From Bradymonadales bacterium (lineage in GTDB: Bacteria > Bdellovibrionota > UBA2394), in the NCBI GenBank assembly GCA_007693605.1, contig REDG01000018.1, forward strand, positions 1-39,618: a stretch of DNA of 39,618 bases. Direction: 5' to 3'. Position 1 is the stretch's first letter. Each line of letters opens with the position of its first letter. Shown in pieces: positions 36,343 through 39,618 of the stretch. The translations under genes and the position numbers were made by a program. The notes beneath the pieces are model-generated. The model did no database searches and was not told the DNA's origin. It was given only the letters and a program-made list of their open reading frames with translations.

Positions 36343-36780
36343 TCAGATTTTGAAAGGGTCTTGCAAATTGAGCTTCATCAAGTCTTCAATCACCGCTCGA
36401 TTCGCAGGTAAGACGGGCATTTTAAGAGCCTCGGGTAAGGGAAACCAATCAATGCACGAATGAGCATGAAGAGAAAAAGACTTGGGCTCGGTCTTCAAAA
36501 GGCGAACAAAGAAGTAATGAAGTTCGATCTCTTTGTCGGGGTAAGACCACTCGATCTGCCTAAAAAACTTTTTTTGACAAACCTCCGCCTCAAGCTCCTC
36601 CATGAACTCTCTCTCCAAGGCTTGCTGAGGGCTCTCGCCCAACTCGACGCGACCTCCCGGAAACTCCCAATGATCGATGAATCGCCCCCCCTCAGACGGA
36701 GCTCGACAGCCCATTAAAACGCGACCTGCGTTCAAGAAAATTCCGGCGACCACCTGAGTCCTCTTTTTTAGTTCACTCAC
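36343..36780 (-). CDS. Nudix hydrolase, MutT-like
   Basis: WEFPGGRVELGESPQQALEREFMEELE Nudix box and a C-terminal LPAN. Confidence 0.92.
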   Translation of the reverse strand: MSELKKRTQVVAGIFLNAGRVLMGCRAPSEGGRFIDHWEFPGGRVELGESPQQALEREFMEELEAEVCQKKFFRQIEWSYPDKEIELHYFFVRLLKTEPKSFSLHAHSCIDWFPLPEALKMPVLPANRAVIEDLMKLNLQDPFKI

Positions 36781-36851
36781 AGAGGCCTCAGTTTTATCGA
36801 AAAATCAAGGCTTTGAACAGTGGGATGGGCCCTTTCGAAGCCGCTCAGAAC

Positions 36852-37094
36852 TTAGGCTGGCCCAAAATGAGATTGAAAGGATTCACTTAGAACAAAAAAT
36901 CCGTCGTGATACTCGGCATTTAGTCCAACCGCCCAATGAGCCGAACTCAAAAGCTCCAAAGGCCTCTGAAAGTCAAAAAAACTCTCCCTCTCAAAAATCT
37001 CTTCGGCTCTGGGAAATCCCCATGAGGAATCCTTCCACAAAACCACTCGGGCCACCCCAGAGGGCTCTTTTGCGATTTGGTTGTGCTCAAACAT
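36852..37094 (-). CDS. small hypothetical protein
   Basis: 80-aa ORF co-oriented with its neighbours, with purine-rich AAGGGG before ATG. Confidence 0.4.
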   Translation of the reverse strand: MFEHNQIAKEPSGVARVVLWKDSSWGFPRAEEIFERESFFDFQRPLELLSSAHWAVGLNAEYHDGFFVLSESFQSHFGPA

Positions 37095-37210
37095 GCCCCT
37101 TTAGCTTACTCCTTTTTTACAAGACTCCCAGCAGAAAGATTCAAAATGGAACTGGAGCTCGGCTCGTCTCCGCGCTGCCAATAGGGCATCCAAAGCGGGG
37201 GCCCTCCTGA

Positions 37211-38377
37211 CTAGTTTGACTCTCTCTTCTGAGCCCATTGAGATATCTTTTCGATTGCAGCCACCACATCTCGAAGATCGGCCTTCTCCATTTGAGGGTG
37301 GAGGGGAATGCTCAGAAGCTCTTGATGGGCCTTTTCAGCCATGGGGCAAAGCCCGGGCTTAAAGCCAAGCGCCTGATAGTAGGGCTGAAGATAAATGGGA
37401 AGATAGTGCACCTGAACCCCAATATTCTCAGCACGAAAAGCCGCCACAATTTGAGCCTTGTCCGCGCCCCACAGCTCCACCGGCAGCCGAATCGGAAACA
37501 AATGCCAGCTCGACTCCGCCGTCTCTGTCAGCTTCGGCAACCTCACATAATCAAGCCCCCCCAGAAGCTTTTCGTATTCCTTCGCAAGATCCGTTCGAGC
37601 CTTTCTCCAAGTCTCCAGTTTTTTTAGCTGGCTTCTTCCGAGTGCCGCCTGCATTTCAGTCAGATGGTAGTTGAAGCCGAGACTCCTTTGAGGAGAAAAT
37701 CCAGGCTGCTCTTCTCCGGCAATCCCATGGTTTCGAAATCGCCGCAATTCTTCAGCCAAGGCTTCATCACGCAAGACAACGCAGCCCCCCTCTCCGGTGG
37801 TGCAGGTCTTTACGGGATGAAAACTATAGACGGCGATTTCGGAAAACTGAGCGGCCGGCTTTCCAGACAAGCGAGCCGACAAACTATGGGCCGCATCTGA
37901 GATGTGGTGAGCTGTCGACCCGTGATTAAAATTTCGAAGATCAACGGGATTTCCCGCAAAATCAACTGAGAGCTTGAAGGGCGAACGAGAGTCGGCCAAC
38001 TTTTGCTCATCGATATTCAGAGTATCCTCCCGAACATCAATAAAATTTAACTTTGCGCCGGAGTAGAGAGCCGCATTGGCTGTGGCCACAAAACTCAAGG
38101 GCGGAAGCGAGACTTCGTCTCCCGGCTTCATGCCAAGGCAGGCCATCACCGCATGAAGCCCCGCCGTCGCCGAGCTAAAAGCAACTCCGTAGGGAAAGCC
38201 CACAAAGCCCGCCACTTCCTCCTCAAAGGCTCTCACCTCTGGTCCGCGCGTAATCCAATCTGACTTTAAAGATCGAACAACAGCCTGACAGTCTTCCTCA
38301 GAAATCCATTGTCGGCTATAGGGCAGCCATTTTGACCGAGTGGGTTTACCCCCAAACAGACCCAATTCAGATGACAT
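37211..38377 (-). CDS. DegT/DnrJ/EryC1/StrS aminotransferase, PseC-like
   Basis: LPYSRQWI, SSATAGLH, DAAHSL, YSFHPVKTCTTGEGG, LGFNY, GVQVHY. Confidence 0.9.
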   Translation of the reverse strand: MSSELGLFGGKPTRSKWLPYSRQWISEEDCQAVVRSLKSDWITRGPEVRAFEEEVAGFVGFPYGVAFSSATAGLHAVMACLGMKPGDEVSLPPLSFVATANAALYSGAKLNFIDVREDTLNIDEQKLADSRSPFKLSVDFAGNPVDLRNFNHGSTAHHISDAAHSLSARLSGKPAAQFSEIAVYSFHPVKTCTTGEGGCVVLRDEALAEELRRFRNHGIAGEEQPGFSPQRSLGFNYHLTEMQAALGRSQLKKLETWRKARTDLAKEYEKLLGGLDYVRLPKLTETAESSWHLFPIRLPVELWGADKAQIVAAFRAENIGVQVHYLPIYLQPYYQALGFKPGLCPMAEKAHQELLSIPLHPQMEKADLRDVVAAIEKISQWAQKRESN

Positions 38378-38386
38378 CGATGCAGT

Positions 38387-39223
38387 CTAGCGAGAATTCG
38401 ATTTCTCAACAACAATATGCTCGTGCTCCAGCAGATGTTCCGGACAGAAAGCCCTGGCGCCGTCACAACGAGAACAGAAGCGAAAGTCGAGGTCGGGGTC
38501 AGACAAGCTGCTCTTCTTGCAAACTTCACAGCTCACCACATTTTCGAGCTCTGAGAGCCGCTGAGACTTCTGATACTGCGAACGACGAACACGCCAACGA
38601 ATCAGATCCCAGGTTGATCGCCAGAAGAACAAAAAGAAATTTCCAAGACCAATCAAGGGGATCAGACTCTCCGGCAGGGGTGTGGACAAAATGGAGGCCC
38701 CCAAAAGAATGGCGGTAAAAATCGCAAGCCATTTTATCTTTACGGGGATGAGTAGAAACAGCCTGAGCTCAAAGTCCGGGTGAAGTATTGCGAACGCAAA
38801 AAACACACTCACCAAGGGAATATAATTGTGCGTCACAGACTGAGGGCTGATCCAGCTTGCCAAAAAAGTCAGCACAAAGCCCAAAATCAGGTAAAAGTTG
38901 AAGCGGAACCGACTCCAGGCCTCTTCCAACGCGCTTCCATAAATGTAGAACAGGTAAAGGGCGAAAAAATTGACGATCACAGAAAAAGCGGTCGGGCTGG
39001 GTGCTGGGGGAATGAAGACCCAAGTCAGAATTCGCCAGTACTCTCCTCCCAAAATCCGACTAGGAATGAGATACATCTGAGAAAAAATGCCCCAAGCCTC
39101 AAGAAGAAGAACGAAAACAAACAAAACCCCCTGAGCAAACACCAGATGTTTTGTAAGCTGAGGGATCGCTAGAGCCCCAAAATTTTTCTCTAACCACCTC
39201 AACACGCCCCGCCATACAAGCAA
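38387..39223 (-). CDS. rhomboid-like membrane protein with C-terminal Cys/His zinc finger
   Basis: GEYWRILTWVF, YGSALEEAW, LIPVKIKWLA; C-terminal CxxC...CxxC...CxxH...H. Start uncertain. Confidence 0.75.
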   Translation of the reverse strand: MLVWRGVLRWLEKNFGALAIPQLTKHLVFAQGVLFVFVLLLEAWGIFSQMYLIPSRILGGEYWRILTWVFIPPAPSPTAFSVIVNFFALYLFYIYGSALEEAWSRFRFNFYLILGFVLTFLASWISPQSVTHNYIPLVSVFFAFAILHPDFELRLFLLIPVKIKWLAIFTAILLGASILSTPLPESLIPLIGLGNFFLFFWRSTWDLIRWRVRRSQYQKSQRLSELENVVSCEVCKKSSLSDPDLDFRFCSRCDGARAFCPEHLLEHEHIVVEKSNSR

Positions 39224-39464
39224 AGGCTTCTACACAAGTAAAGGCAGTCAAATGCCGCTTTGACGATGGAGCCCGACGGTTCGGAGCCGAAATTAGTGAT
39301 AGGCGAGAGGAGGAGGTCTCTCGCCTATCGACAATCTTGAGCCGAGTGAGTGTGGTGTGGTGGTGCGTGTGGCAAGGCCGATATGTGGTGCTCACGCGAC
39401 TCAAGGTGGTTGGCAGCCCTTGTTCCTAAGGGGGTGCCTCCCCTCCTCAACTTCCCTAAAGAAG

Positions 39465-39481
39465 AGCAAGCCCTGTGCCAA
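39465..39481 (-). promoter_or_regulatory. near-consensus sigma54 promoter
   Basis: Minus strand TTGGCACAGGGCTTGCT = TGGCAC-N5-TTGCT; predicted +1 near 39454. Confidence 0.8.
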
Positions 39482-39618
39482 TGCGGAGGCTCAAAATCTT
39501 GAGGCTTTCAGGCATTTCTTTGATCTGGGGCTGCGACATCCTGGGCAATCCTGGGTCTTGGAAGGCCTATTTCCCGATTCTGTTGGTCACTTAAATAAGT
39601 GTGAGCAATATCGGGAGT

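Noticed and set aside
39298..39329. Hairpin as an intrinsic terminator
   Set aside because: No U-tract on either side.
39099..39404. 101-aa His/Thr-rich ORF
   Set aside because: TTG start inside a hairpin, out-of-frame overlap with the membrane gene, and composition explained by the CA-rich tract.

Overview
A mostly housekeeping chromosomal window. Gene order (zapA-ssrS-fau-ymdB-tyrS; 7TM-HD-ybeY-lnt-prfB; holA/rpsT/murJ) and the orphan secreted proteins suggest a deltaproteobacteria-like or Bdellovibrionota-like bacterium; this is inferred, not proven. Core genes include guaB/guaA, holA, rpsT, murJ, ybeY, lnt, prfB (with its +1 programmed frameshift), zapA, 6S RNA, tyrS, an S41 protease, a TonB-receptor-like protein, a Nudix hydrolase and a pseC-like aminotransferase. 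The main candidates for novelty are: (1) a four-gene minus-strand operon with a fused cobalamin-binding/mutase-like enzyme, a GNAT/Fem-like transferase, a SAM methyltransferase and a DUF4910 aminopeptidase-like protein, possibly a B12-dependent glycan-tailoring pathway; (2) a modular palindromic MITE/REPIN-like repeat family with six copies or ends, showing compensatory changes between termini and supplying stop codons to host genes; (3) a near-consensus sigma54 promoter driving an unannotated structured RNA candidate at the right edge, plus a second minus-strand hairpin with a C-rich loop at 32.4 kb; (4) a DUF6516/TumE-type toxin-antitoxin pair with a perfect 16-bp operator palindrome over its promoter. 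All family calls come from motif recognition by eye; no database searches were run.
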